The notes: generated by a model from the sequence alone, not told the origin. Counted from the first letter of the stretch, positions 9,227-18,068 are shown. The stretch: 64,000 bases of DNA from an uncultured Alphaproteobacteria bacterium (GCA_944391515.1 CALXTW010000005.1:5127-69126); one strand, 5' to 3'. Numbers and translations: made by a program.

Positions 9227-9655
9227 ATGGCAGATCCTCTGAAAACGCTTAATCGTATTCAAAAATTTCATATTGATGAGCAACGCAAAATCTTAAATGA
9301 GTTGTTCAAACAACAAGATATTTTACAAGAACAGCTTGAGCAACTGAATGAGGCTTTTGAAAGAGAAAAAGAATTTGCCAGAACCAATTCGGGGGTGGGC
9401 GATTTTGGGGCATATGTTAAACGTTATATGCAACAAAGAGAAAATTTAGAAATGCAAATCTCCGTTTTGCAAGCCAAGATTGAACATGAGCGCGATATTA
9501 TGGCAGATATGTTTAAAGAACAAAAGACATTTGAAATTGTTGATGAAAGACGCGCTCAAAGACGCCAGAAGGAAGCCGATGATAAAGAGCAAAAAATGCT
9601 TGATGAAATCGGTACTAACAGCTTTCTTAAAAATACAAAAAAAACACCGTCATAA
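9227..9655 (+). CDS. fliJ: Flagellar export chaperone FliJ
   Basis: 142-aa coiled-coil protein immediately downstream of fliI, with size and heptad character typical of FliJ. Confidence 0.7.
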   Translation: MADPLKTLNRIQKFHIDEQRKILNELFKQQDILQEQLEQLNEAFEREKEFARTNSGVGDFGAYVKRYMQQRENLEMQISVLQAKIEHERDIMADMFKEQKTFEIVDERRAQRRQKEADDKEQKMLDEIGTNSFLKNTKKTPS

Positions 9656-9671
9656 AAGGCGGTGTTTTTTC
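9637..9671 (+). terminator. Intrinsic terminator after fliJ
   Basis: Stem acaccg/cggtgt flanked by A8 and T6, overlapping the fliJ stop. Confidence 0.7.
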
Positions 9672-9686
9672 TTGTTTCCTTATATC

Positions 9687-11033
9687 TTAAAAATATTGGA
9701 TATAAAGGAAAACGGTTGCTATTGCCACGCTGGTCAGCATGACCGGAATTGACCACAGCAAGAACCGCATAAAGTGAATTGGGTGACCTTCACGTTGTGC
9801 CATGCCGGCAACAATGACGTTGGCCGAAGCACCAATCAAGGTTCCGTTGCCGCCAAAGCAAGCACCTAAGGACAATGCCCACCATACAGGCATCATAGCT
9901 TCGCGGCCGCCCATGTCGGCTTCCATTGATTTTATCATCGGAATCATGGTGGCAACAAACGGAATGTTATCAATGGCACTGGAGAGTATTGCTGAAGTCC
10001 ATATAATCAATATGGTGGCTTTTTCAATACTGCGATCCGTTAATTCAATAAACATTTGTCCGAGCATTCTTAATACTCCGGTTTCTTCCAAACCATAAAC
10101 AATGACGAATAAACCAGAGAAGAAGAAAATGGTGGTCCAATCGACTACGCCTAAAATTGATTCTACTTTGTGGTCTCTTTCAGAGTGAGAGTTGCCCAAG
10201 GTGTAGAGCAATAATAAAACAGCCGCTCCGAAGATGGCAATCGTACCGTTGGCGATATGCAGATGTTCTGCGGAAATAAAGCCGGCAATTACCGTGAACA
10301 AAACAAATAAGGACTTAATGAGTAAGCCTTTATCTGTAATCGACTCGGCAGCGTTAATCTTCATTACTTCTACTTGACGGCGGAGTGTGGTTTTAATTCT
10401 TTTTTTATAAACAATGTCAAATGCCAAAATAATTACAGCCATCGTTACAATTACGATTGGGGTTAACTCTTTGACGAAGTCCATAAATGATAAACCCAAA
10501 GATGAACCGATTAAAATGTTCGGTGGGTCACCAATGAGAGTTGCCGTACCGCCAATGTTGGAAGCAAAAATTTCCAACAAAAGGTATGGGTAGGGGTTAA
10601 TATCTAATTTTTGAGTAATCTTAAAAGTAACCGGAGCAATCAGTAAAACGGTTGTAACGTTATCCAGAAATGCTGAAAACATAGCTGTTACTACGGCTAA
10701 AACGACCAATAGACCTCTCGGGTTGGCTTTTACTCTTTGAGCGCCCCAGATGGCAACGTATTGGAACATACCTGATTTTTCGGATATGCCGACAATCGTC
10801 ATCATACCAACGAGCAGTGAAATGGTGTTAAAGTCAATACCCTTGAGGGCTTGGGCTTGGGTTAATATTCCGCTGAAAATCATTACGCAAGCGCCGAGCA
10901 AAGCGACAACCGCGCGATTGAGTTTTTCAGAGAATAAGATGAGGTAGCAGACAACAACTATAGAGGTTGCGACTACTTTCGGGTCAAGTCCCCAAATCAG
11001 ATTGGCGGCTTGAGCAAGATGTTCTGCTTGCAT
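9687..11033 (-). CDS. ArsB/NhaD-superfamily (CitMHS-like) ion/anion permease, paralog 1
   Basis: 448 aa and polytopic, with motifs IGGTATLIGDPPNILIG and DNIPFVATMIP typical of this permease superfamily. Confidence 0.8.
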   Translation of the reverse strand: MQAEHLAQAANLIWGLDPKVVATSIVVVCYLILFSEKLNRAVVALLGACVMIFSGILTQAQALKGIDFNTISLLVGMMTIVGISEKSGMFQYVAIWGAQRVKANPRGLLVVLAVVTAMFSAFLDNVTTVLLIAPVTFKITQKLDINPYPYLLLEIFASNIGGTATLIGDPPNILIGSSLGLSFMDFVKELTPIVIVTMAVIILAFDIVYKKRIKTTLRRQVEVMKINAAESITDKGLLIKSLFVLFTVIAGFISAEHLHIANGTIAIFGAAVLLLLYTLGNSHSERDHKVESILGVVDWTTIFFFSGLFVIVYGLEETGVLRMLGQMFIELTDRSIEKATILIIWTSAILSSAIDNIPFVATMIPMIKSMEADMGGREAMMPVWWALSLGACFGGNGTLIGASANVIVAGMAQREGHPIHFMRFLLWSIPVMLTSVAIATVFLYIQYF

Positions 11034-11086
11034 TTGTTTCTTATTCCTCTTTGTAGTTAATTCTAATACATCTTTTTTATATAACG

Positions 11087-11121
11087 AAAGCTCCTAATTT
11101 TGTGTTAAAATTAGGAGCTTT
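11087..11121 (-). terminator. 15-bp perfect hairpin between the two permease paralogs
   Basis: aaagctcctaatttt / aaaattaggagcttt with loop gtgtt, 25 nt past the stop of paralog 2. Confidence 0.6.
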
Positions 11122-11145
11122 GTTAGAAGTTTGAGGCTTTATTTT

Positions 11146-12495
11146 TTACATAAAGTGTCTGATATGTAAATATAAAGCTGCAATGCCGACACTACCCAAC
11201 ATTACGGGCAATGACCACAGCAAGAACCGCATAAAGTGTATCGGTTCACCGTGGCGTTGCGACATACCGGCAACAATGACGTTGGCAGAAGCGGCGATAA
11301 GTGAGCCATTGCCGCCATAGCAAGCACCAAGTGATAAAGCCCACCAAACCGGCATCATGGCTTCACGTCCGCCCATGTCAGCCTCAATGGTTTTTACCAA
11401 AGGTATCATGGTTGCAACAAAGGGAATGTTATCTATAGCTGTGGAAACTAATGCAGAAACCCAAACAATTAGCATTGTTGTTTTTTCGATACTGCCTTCG
11501 GTAAACTCTGTAAACTTGTGTCCCAGAAGTTCTAATACACCGGCTTCTTCCAAACCATAAACAATAGCAAAAAGGCCGGCAAAGAAGAAAATGGTGGTCC
11601 AATCTACCAAATTAAATGCTGATTCAACCTTGTGGTCGCGCTCAGAATGTGTGTTGCCAAATGTGTACAGAAACATCATAACTGCTGCTCCAAACATAGC
11701 TATTGTACCATTGGCAATATGGAAATGTTCGGCCGAAATAAAGCCTAAAATGACGGCTGTTAAAACAAATAAGGATTTTTTTAACAACGCCCAATCTGTA
11801 ATGGTGTCAACGGCTTTAACTTTCATAACCTCTACTTGGTTGCGTTTATCGGTTTTGAGTTTGCGACCATAAGCAAAGTCAAATACCAAAATCAAGACCA
11901 ACATAGTTACAGCCACAACAGGGGTTAGCTCATTTACAAAATCCATAAAGGATAAGTTAAGTGCTGAACCGATTAAAATGTTCGGTGGGTCACCTATGAG
12001 GGTTGCCGTACCGCCAATGTTGGAAGCAAAAATTTCCATTATCAGGTAAGGGTAGGGGTTAACCTTGAGTTTATCGGTAATTTGAAATGTTACCGGCACA
12101 ATTAACAATACCGTGGTCACATTATCCAACAGAGCCGAGAAGACAGCTGTTATCAAACCAAGTGTGAATAGCAGACTTCTGGGGTTGGCACGGGTTTTGT
12201 GAACTGCCCAAATGGCCACATATTGGAACATACCTGATTTTTCGGCAATGCCGACGATAATCATCATTCCGGTTAAAAGGGCCAATGTGTTAAAGTCAAT
12301 ACCGGCAATGGCTGCTTCTTGGGTCAAAACACCGGCAAATATCATAATGCAGGCGCCGACAAGAGCCACAACCGCACGATTGAGCTTTTCGGTAAAAAGT
12401 ATCAGGTAGCTGATTATTAAAATAGTAGAAGCCACTATCTTAGCATCCCAGTTGAAAATAACCGATGATGCGTGGCTTAGTTCTTCAAGAGGCAT
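11146..12495 (-). CDS. ArsB/NhaD-superfamily permease, paralog 2 (tandem duplicate)
   Basis: 449 aa and collinear with the 9687-11033 product, with long identical blocks such as SERDHKVES, GREAMMPVWWALSLGAC and PIHFMRFLLWS. Confidence 0.8.
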   Translation of the reverse strand: MPLEELSHASSVIFNWDAKIVASTILIISYLILFTEKLNRAVVALVGACIMIFAGVLTQEAAIAGIDFNTLALLTGMMIIVGIAEKSGMFQYVAIWAVHKTRANPRSLLFTLGLITAVFSALLDNVTTVLLIVPVTFQITDKLKVNPYPYLIMEIFASNIGGTATLIGDPPNILIGSALNLSFMDFVNELTPVVAVTMLVLILVFDFAYGRKLKTDKRNQVEVMKVKAVDTITDWALLKKSLFVLTAVILGFISAEHFHIANGTIAMFGAAVMMFLYTFGNTHSERDHKVESAFNLVDWTTIFFFAGLFAIVYGLEEAGVLELLGHKFTEFTEGSIEKTTMLIVWVSALVSTAIDNIPFVATMIPLVKTIEADMGGREAMMPVWWALSLGACYGGNGSLIAASANVIVAGMSQRHGEPIHFMRFLLWSLPVMLGSVGIAALYLHIRHFM

Positions 12496-12530
12496 AACGT
12501 ATCTCCAAAGAGTTATAGAAAATGTGAAAT

Positions 12531-13265
12531 TTAGTCAGGTTGGTGCCTGTCTAAATAATTTATTATTCCGTAAAGCGTATTCAACTCCTGTAATGTTAAT
12601 TGATTGCGTGTAAAGATGTTTCTTAAGTTAATTATCATTCTTTCACGCTTTTCACTTTGACGGAAGTTTCCACAGTTATCTAATTTATCCTCAAAGTACT
12701 TAAGAAATTGTAAAACCTTTTCTTTATCTGCCAAAGTCGTCTTATTGGTAATGAACTGGAGTTCCGGTGCGTCGATTTGTCTTTTATACCACTCGTAGCC
12801 TACCAATAAGACTGCTTGCGATAGGTTTAGCGAACAATGCTCTGGATTTAGTGGAATTTCAATAATGGCGTTGGCTAAGCATACATCTTCATTGTGAAGC
12901 CCCGTGCGCTCGGGGCCAAATAAAATGCCGCAACGGACATCGTTTTGCAAAGCTTGCGTCATATTTTCGGCGGCATAAGATGCTGTCTCAACCGGCTTTA
13001 TCATATCTCGACGGCGGGCTGTAGTTGCATAAATTTGTTCTAAATCGGCAATGGCTTCTTCGGTGGAGTTAAAAATTTGTGCTGATTGCAAAATTTTTTC
13101 AGCTCCTGAAGAGGCGGCAATGGCTTTTTCGGATAAGTGGTTTTCTCTTGGATTTACCAGTCTTAACTCATATAGTCCGCAATTCATCATGGCGCGAGCA
13201 GCCATGCCTACGTTTTCGGCTAATTGAGGCTCGACCAAAATTATACTTGGTTGTTTGTGAATCAT
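12531..13265 (-). CDS. SpoU/TrmH-family RNA 2'-O-methyltransferase (TrmJ-like)
   Basis: 244 aa. N-terminal ILVEPQLAENVGMAARAMMNCG and the later GPERTGL...IPLNP...SLNLSQAV match SPOUT-class motifs. Confidence 0.8.
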   Translation of the reverse strand: MIHKQPSIILVEPQLAENVGMAARAMMNCGLYELRLVNPRENHLSEKAIAASSGAEKILQSAQIFNSTEEAIADLEQIYATTARRRDMIKPVETASYAAENMTQALQNDVRCGILFGPERTGLHNEDVCLANAIIEIPLNPEHCSLNLSQAVLLVGYEWYKRQIDAPELQFITNKTTLADKEKVLQFLKYFEDKLDNCGNFRQSEKRERMIINLRNIFTRNQLTLQELNTLYGIINYLDRHQPD

Positions 13266-13281
13266 TTAATGGGCTCTTTTG

Positions 13282-13644
13282 TTACTCAAAATTGCTAGGA
13301 TTAACTAGTTCTAAATTAATATCTTTTTTGAAATAGTACTTTAATCCGATTTTATCATTTACGTCAATAGGTTCAGGTTCTACGTATTCTTTATTATTTT
13401 GGCGAGCGTATCTTTTGTCTGTTTCGTTTTTAAACTTCATAATTGCTTTTAATTTTTGTGGTGAATAGTTGTTTATTTTGTAATAATTTTTTTTATTGAT
13501 GCTGTCTAATATTTTGGCTTGTTGTTCGGGAGATATGGCATTGATGTTATCTGCTTGAGCTTCTAACTTGGCAATGGCATCTTCTGCACCATGAGCCGGA
13601 GATGTCATGAGTAACAATAAAAATAAAATGGAAAATTTACGCAT
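13282..13644 (-). CDS. Secreted hypothetical protein (about 120 aa)
   Basis: Signal peptide MRKFSILFLLLLMTSPAHGA. AAGGAGA lies 6 nt upstream of the ATG at 13644. Translationally linked to the upstream 200-aa ORF. Confidence 0.65.
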   Translation of the reverse strand: MRKFSILFLLLLMTSPAHGAEDAIAKLEAQADNINAISPEQQAKILDSINKKNYYKINNYSPQKLKAIMKFKNETDKRYARQNNKEYVEPEPIDVNDKIGLKYYFKKDINLELVNPSNFE

Positions 13645-13655
13645 CAAATGTCTCC

Positions 13656-14255
13656 TTAGTCGGTGCTCAAAATGTCCATGGTATTAAACAAAATGTTTTC
13701 CATATCTAAGCCGGTTCCTAATTCGACACCATCCATAATTTTGCTGAAGGAAACACTTAATGGGTCATTGGCAACATATACTTCGTCATAGCTTTCTTGC
13801 AAAATCTTTTTGTATTTTTGTGGCATATCTTTAATGTTTTGGTCATAACTTTCGGGAATTTTGTAGCCCATTTTGCGCAAGTAATCGGTTAAAACTAGCA
13901 TGTTGTGGCGGTTAACTTCAGGAGCTAATAATTCTTGTCCATTGGCATCACCCCAAGAGGTGGCTTCACCAATATAGTTTAATTTACCGTGTTGAGCTGA
14001 ACCGCGCCAGGTCTTTACACCACTGCGGTCACGTGTACGTGCCCATGGGTCAACAGGCAAAACCTCTCCATTGGTTTGTCCTTCGGAATATTCCGGAATT
14101 GTCGGGGTGCCGGTATCAACAGGTTTGTTGGCGACATTTTCAAAATAACCATCATTGGGGTTGGGAGCCCAAGGGTTTGATGGTAATTGCGCATAGCTGT
14201 AAGATGCTGTTGCCATGCATCCTAAAAAGGCTAGTATAGAGAAGTATTTATTCAT
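13656..14255 (-). CDS. Secreted hypothetical protein (about 199 aa)
   Basis: Signal peptide MNKYFSILAFLGCMATASYSYA. GGAGG lies 5 nt upstream of the ATG at 14255; the ORF track opens 12 nt earlier. Confidence 0.65.
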   Translation of the reverse strand: MNKYFSILAFLGCMATASYSYAQLPSNPWAPNPNDGYFENVANKPVDTGTPTIPEYSEGQTNGEVLPVDPWARTRDRSGVKTWRGSAQHGKLNYIGEATSWGDANGQELLAPEVNRHNMLVLTDYLRKMGYKIPESYDQNIKDMPQKYKKILQESYDEVYVANDPLSVSFSKIMDGVELGTGLDMENILFNTMDILSTD

Positions 14256-14356
14256 GGCCGCCTCCATAATTCTCCTGCTTCATTTTATATAATACTATAT
14301 TTTTTGCAAAAATGATAGTTACATTTGCGTTACAACTTTACTCTAATCGGCAAAAG

Positions 14357-15046
14357 TTAGTTTTTACTTAATGAAACGGAAGATTGCTTTAATTCTTCTA
14401 ACTCTTTCCTTAGTGCCTTGATTTCGTTATATAATTCATCGGTTGAAATGTTTTCTTGTAATTTCTCGTCAAAACCATAAGCGCGAAATTGTTTGCGGCC
14501 TTTTCTTAAGTCATCAACCTTATGAGCGGCTAAGCCCATGACGGTGGTGTTATTGGCTACATCTTTGGTGACAATTGCATTTGAACCGATTTTGACGTTG
14601 TTGCCAATAAGAATAGGCCCCAAAACTTGTGCGCCGGAGCCAATGATAACGTTGTTGCCAATAGAGGGGTGGCGTTTGGTCATGACTTTGCCGTGTTCAT
14701 CAAAAACAGTAGTGCCTCCTAAAGTAACATCGTGATAAAGTGTTACATTGTCGCCAATTTCGGTGGTTTCACCTATGACAACACCCATACCGTGATCAAT
14801 GAAAAAGCCTTTGCCTATTTTTGCTCCAGGGTGAATTTCAACACCGGTTAAAAAACGCCCCAGTTGCGAGATGATACGAGAAGTGAGGCGAAATTTTTTG
14901 CCCCATAGGTAGTGTGAAAAGCGATAAATAAGAATCGCGTGAAGCCCTGATGAAAGTAAAAAAGCTTCCGTACGGTTCTTGGTGGCAGGGTCACGGGCTA
15001 TTACCGCATCGACGTCTTGCATTAAAAGCTTGAATTTTGATTGCAT
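14357..15046 (-). CDS. cysE: Serine O-acetyltransferase
   Basis: An N-terminal SATase helical domain (DPA...[16 protein letters not shown]) followed by hexapeptide repeats ([44 protein letters not shown]). Confidence 0.9.
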   Translation of the reverse strand: MQSKFKLLMQDVDAVIARDPATKNRTEAFLLSSGLHAILIYRFSHYLWGKKFRLTSRIISQLGRFLTGVEIHPGAKIGKGFFIDHGMGVVIGETTEIGDNVTLYHDVTLGGTTVFDEHGKVMTKRHPSIGNNVIIGSGAQVLGPILIGNNVKIGSNAIVTKDVANNTTVMGLAAHKVDDLRKGRKQFRAYGFDEKLQENISTDELYNEIKALRKELEELKQSSVSLSKN

Positions 15047-15152
15047 TTTGTGCTAAAGTCCTCTGAAATTGTGTGAATTTGTTAATAATTTGTACAACAT
15101 TTGTATAATATACTTAATCGACGTTTAAATTTAAGTAAAAAAGAGAAGTTAT

Positions 15153-15953
15153 ATGACTGAAGTTTTATTTAACGGACATGCGGGGCGTTTGGAAGGACGC
15201 TATCATCAAAGTGACAAACCCGGTGCTCCGATTGCTTTGATTTTACATCCGCATCCGCAATACGGCGGTACTATGAATAACAAAGTGGTTTATACTTTGT
15301 TTAGTTGTTTTCAAAATTTGGGTTTTTCTGTTTTACGTTTTAATTTTCGGAGTGTTGGGCGTTCGCAAGGTGAGTTTGAGGATGGTCCAGGAGAACTCTC
15401 GGATGCAACAGTTGCTCTTGATTGGTTGCAATCAGTTAATCCCGAAGCCAGACAATGCTGGATTGCCGGATATTCTTTCGGGGCGTGGATTGGCTTGCAA
15501 CTCTTAATGCGTCGTCCTGATATTAATAACTTTATTGCCGTTTCTCCTCCGGCCAATGAAAAAGATTTTACTTTTTTGGCTCCTTGTCCGACTTCAGGGC
15601 TTGTAGTGCAAGGCGGAATTGATGAAATTGTTAATCCGGCAAGTGTTGCTTCTTTGGCAAAAAAACTTAATCAGCAACGAAATGTGGATGTTGATTTTGC
15701 ATTAATTGAAGAAGGCGACCATATGTATAACAACCATTTGGTGGATTTGTACAAAGTTGCCGGAAACTATATTATCGGCGCAATGCAACGAAAAGCTCCG
15801 GCTAAAAAGCGTCGTGGTCGTCGCAAAAAAGTAGAAATGGAGCAAGATCCTTTGCTTATTGGAAATTCTTCAGATGATTTTGAAGATGAGGAAATGGATA
15901 ATGAAGCTGAATTTGATAATGATGAGGCTTTTGATGATGAAGGTGAGGAATAG
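15153..15953 (+). CDS. Alpha/beta hydrolase (COG2945-like) with a basic-then-acidic C-terminal tail
   Basis: Oxyanion LILHPHP..GG and nucleophile elbow GYSFGAW. The last ~60 aa are KKRRGRRKK followed by a D/E-rich tail. Confidence 0.7.
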   Translation: MTEVLFNGHAGRLEGRYHQSDKPGAPIALILHPHPQYGGTMNNKVVYTLFSCFQNLGFSVLRFNFRSVGRSQGEFEDGPGELSDATVALDWLQSVNPEARQCWIAGYSFGAWIGLQLLMRRPDINNFIAVSPPANEKDFTFLAPCPTSGLVVQGGIDEIVNPASVASLAKKLNQQRNVDVDFALIEEGDHMYNNHLVDLYKVAGNYIIGAMQRKAPAKKRRGRRKKVEMEQDPLLIGNSSDDFEDEEMDNEAEFDNDEAFDDEGEE

Positions 15954-15973
15954 GCGTCTTTCATTCTTTTATT

Positions 15974-16016
15974 CAAAAAAATCCCGAAGTTTAGACTTCG
16001 GGATTTTGATTTTTTA
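15974..16016. terminator. Bidirectional terminator between the hydrolase and the RHH gene
   Basis: Stem atcccgaagt/acttcgggat with loop ttag, flanked by an A-run and a T-run. It overlaps the last codons of the minus-strand RHH gene. Confidence 0.75.
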
Positions 16017-16209
16017 AATATCTCAAAATATAAATTCGGATTGCACTAGAGAGATTTTCGTGTTCACGTTTTGAATCAATTTCGGTGACTAACTGATTGA
16101 TACTGACTCTTTTTTGTCTTGCAATATTTTCCAGTTCGGTTAGGAATTCATCTTCCAGAGAAATACTGGTGGAGTGACGTCCGGCGATGACAACAGATTT
16201 TTTCTTCAT
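15991..16209 (-). CDS. Small ribbon-helix-helix-like protein (COG4321-type)
   Basis: 72 aa. ...VVIAGRHSTSISLEDEFLTELENIARQKRVSINQLVTEID... matches the RHH_4-type pattern. Its start overlaps the sspB stop. Confidence 0.55.
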   Translation of the reverse strand: MKKKSVVIAGRHSTSISLEDEFLTELENIARQKRVSINQLVTEIDSKREHENLSSAIRIYILRYLKNQNPEV

Positions 16210-16691
16210 TAATTTTTCTTGCGGAAAGCATCAATTGAAACAACGCTGGCAACGCCGCCTGAGGTCTTGCGCGGTGTTTCTTCTTCCTCATCGTCGTCAA
16301 ACAAGCTACCCGTTGGTTCGGTCTCGTTTTCGCCGGAGGTAAAACTTAAACCAAACTTGGCGTATGGGTCGCCAAAATAGGTGATGGCATCAAACGGTAT
16401 GGTTAAAGTTTGAGGTACACCATTGAAGCTTAGGTCTATGGAGAAAGAAGAGTTTGATACAATTAAATTGGAATACTGGTGTTGGATGACAATGGTCATT
16501 TCGTTGGGATATTGTTGTTTGAGCGAATCTGTCATGCCTACTTGCGGGTGAGAGGTCTTGAATGTAATGTAAAAATGATTTTCGCCGGGAAGACCTTGTC
16601 TTTCAGCTATCTTTAAGGCTTCAATCACAACATGTTTGAGCGATTTTTCGATTAATTTATCATAATTGATTTCTGTTAAATACTCACTCAT
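16209..16691 (-). CDS. sspB: ClpXP adaptor SspB, alphaproteobacterial type
   Basis: HFYITFKT, EMTIVIQHQY and the C-terminal VVSIDAFRKKN (ClpX-binding tail) match alpha-type SspB as I recall it. The ATG at 16691 is preferred because the longer ORF (to 16748) would run into the tmRNA gene. Confidence 0.8.
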   Translation of the reverse strand: MSEYLTEINYDKLIEKSLKHVVIEALKIAERQGLPGENHFYITFKTSHPQVGMTDSLKQQYPNEMTIVIQHQYSNLIVSNSSFSIDLSFNGVPQTLTIPFDAITYFGDPYAKFGLSFTSGENETEPTGSLFDDDEEEETPRKTSGGVASVVSIDAFRKKN

Positions 16692-16719
16692 CCGTTTCCC
16701 TTTCTGTTTGATAAGGGCC

Positions 16720-17017
16720 GTTCTGTTGCTAGGTGGCCCAAACCCCACTTACGACTATCCAAAGTCATAAGAATTTAGATTTGTCGCTTTAGACTAAGCA
16801 GCCAAAGCAACTGGAGCTACGTTATTATCGTTAGCATTCATTTTAATTTGAACCGATAACGGTGGTATCTCACCGGACACAGCTCATATCTTTACTGCTC
16901 CCAGTCAATCCTGTTTCACCCCCGAAGATTTTTAATTGGTGGAGGTGCCGGGTACTGCCCCCGGGTCCTAAAAGCCTATTTTATACTGCCTCTAGTGTCA
17001 TAGCTGATTTCTCAGCG
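16720..17017 (-). ncRNA. ssrA: Two-piece (circularly permuted) tmRNA gene; ends approximate
   Basis: Read on the minus strand. The acceptor piece ends ...GGACCCGGGGGCAGTACCCGGCACCTCCACCA at 16937. After a 13-nt linker the coding piece starts GGGGGTGAAACAGGATTGACTGGGAGCAG at 16923. GGGGGUG pairs with CACCUCC and includes G3:U70. The tag ORF GCT AAC GAT AAT AAC GTA GCT CCA GTT GCT TTG GCT GCT TAG encodes ANDNNVAPVALAA (16835-16794). Confidence 0.9.
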
Positions 17018-17023
17018 GAAAAT

Positions 17024-17052
17024 AGTATAGCTTTAATCTTGTGAGATTTCAA
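17024..17052 (-). promoter_or_regulatory. Sigma-70 promoter of ssrA
   Basis: On the minus strand: TTGAAA (17052-17047), 17-nt spacer, TATACT (17029-17024). Confidence 0.6.
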
Positions 17053-17162
17053 GTGAATTAGTTGAAGCGAACAGATGTTTTATTGACAAAATGCTAATTA
17101 TTGCTAATATTGAGCTCATTATTTTATTTTTATGTCAAATTTAACTTAAAACTTATCTTATT

Positions 17163-18068
17163 ATGGAAAATTATGAGAAAAAGTTAGATTTTCTAACACC
17201 AGAACAGAGTAATCAAGTTTTGTTTTGCAAAATTAAAGATGGTCAAATCAAAGCCTTTTTGAGAATGGTAGCACAAGGTTATGGGTTAACGCCTTTTATT
17301 TTGAATGCTCTGATTGACTTTGGTTATGCAAATGTCATTCCTAAAGCATTGAGAACGAGTGTTCGTCTGACTGATGATTGCTATAATTTCTTGTGTGTCT
17401 ATTGGGGAAAGAAAAAAACTGAGGATTTTTTTGTTAAATACGAATGTTTCAATTATATTCAGCAAACTTTTCCTGTAGAATCTTTGGTCGAATATCAATT
17501 ATGGGATATTTTGGCGCAAAGAGGAGAATTTGAAACCTTGGCCAAGCATGGGCAATTTGATATTTTGGCAAAGTATAAACAATATCTAATTTTAGTCAAA
17601 TATGGTCAATTGGATTATGCGTGTCATAAGGGATTGTATCAATTTCTTGCTTTTACAAAGGCTGGTATGGAAAGACTTATTCAACTCAAAAAATGGAAGG
17701 AAGTTTTTGGGGGAACGTCTTTTACTTCATTTAATGGTTTTTCTGTATCTGACATTTTAGAAATTTTGTATGATAATGGTATGCAAAAGCTATTGTTTGC
17801 AAAAAATTATGATGATTTCTTGTTGGATGAAAAGAAAAGCACTGACCTCTATGTAAAAAACAAAAAGTGGGGAACTTTAGTGGCTTATGGTTTTTATGAC
17901 GTGATAGATTGGGATGACTATCTGGGGCAAGTTATTGAGAGCAATAGGGGAGATGTTTTCCAGCAAGCTCTTAAAGCTGAAAAGTGGGAATTTTTAGCCA
18001 AACACCAACAACACAAGTTGCTTTTTAAGAAAGGACAGTTCAAGTGGTGGTGGAAATCGTTCCGTTAA
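17163..18068 (+). CDS. Hypothetical protein, 301 aa, containing a 9-residue tandem repeat
   Basis: Long ORF preceded by TTGACA-17-TAATAT at about 17084-17112. Contains consecutive 9-mers of the type G-Q-F-D-x-L-A-K-H/Y. Confidence 0.7.
   Translation: MENYEKKLDFLTPEQSNQVLFCKIKDGQIKAFLRMVAQGYGLTPFILNALIDFGYANVIPKALRTSVRLTDDCYNFLCVYWGKKKTEDFFVKYECFNYIQQTFPVESLVEYQLWDILAQRGEFETLAKHGQFDILAKYKQYLILVKYGQLDYACHKGLYQFLAFTKAGMERLIQLKKWKEVFGGTSFTSFNGFSVSDILEILYDNGMQKLLFAKNYDDFLLDEKKSTDLYVKNKKWGTLVAYGFYDVIDWDDYLGQVIESNRGDVFQQALKAEKWEFLAKHQQHKLLFKKGQFKWWWKSFR

Noticed and set aside
16862-17044. 60-aa plus-strand ORF, and the 19-codon N-terminal extension of the sspB ORF (16692-16748)
   Set aside because: Both overlap the tmRNA gene, which explains the sequence far better.
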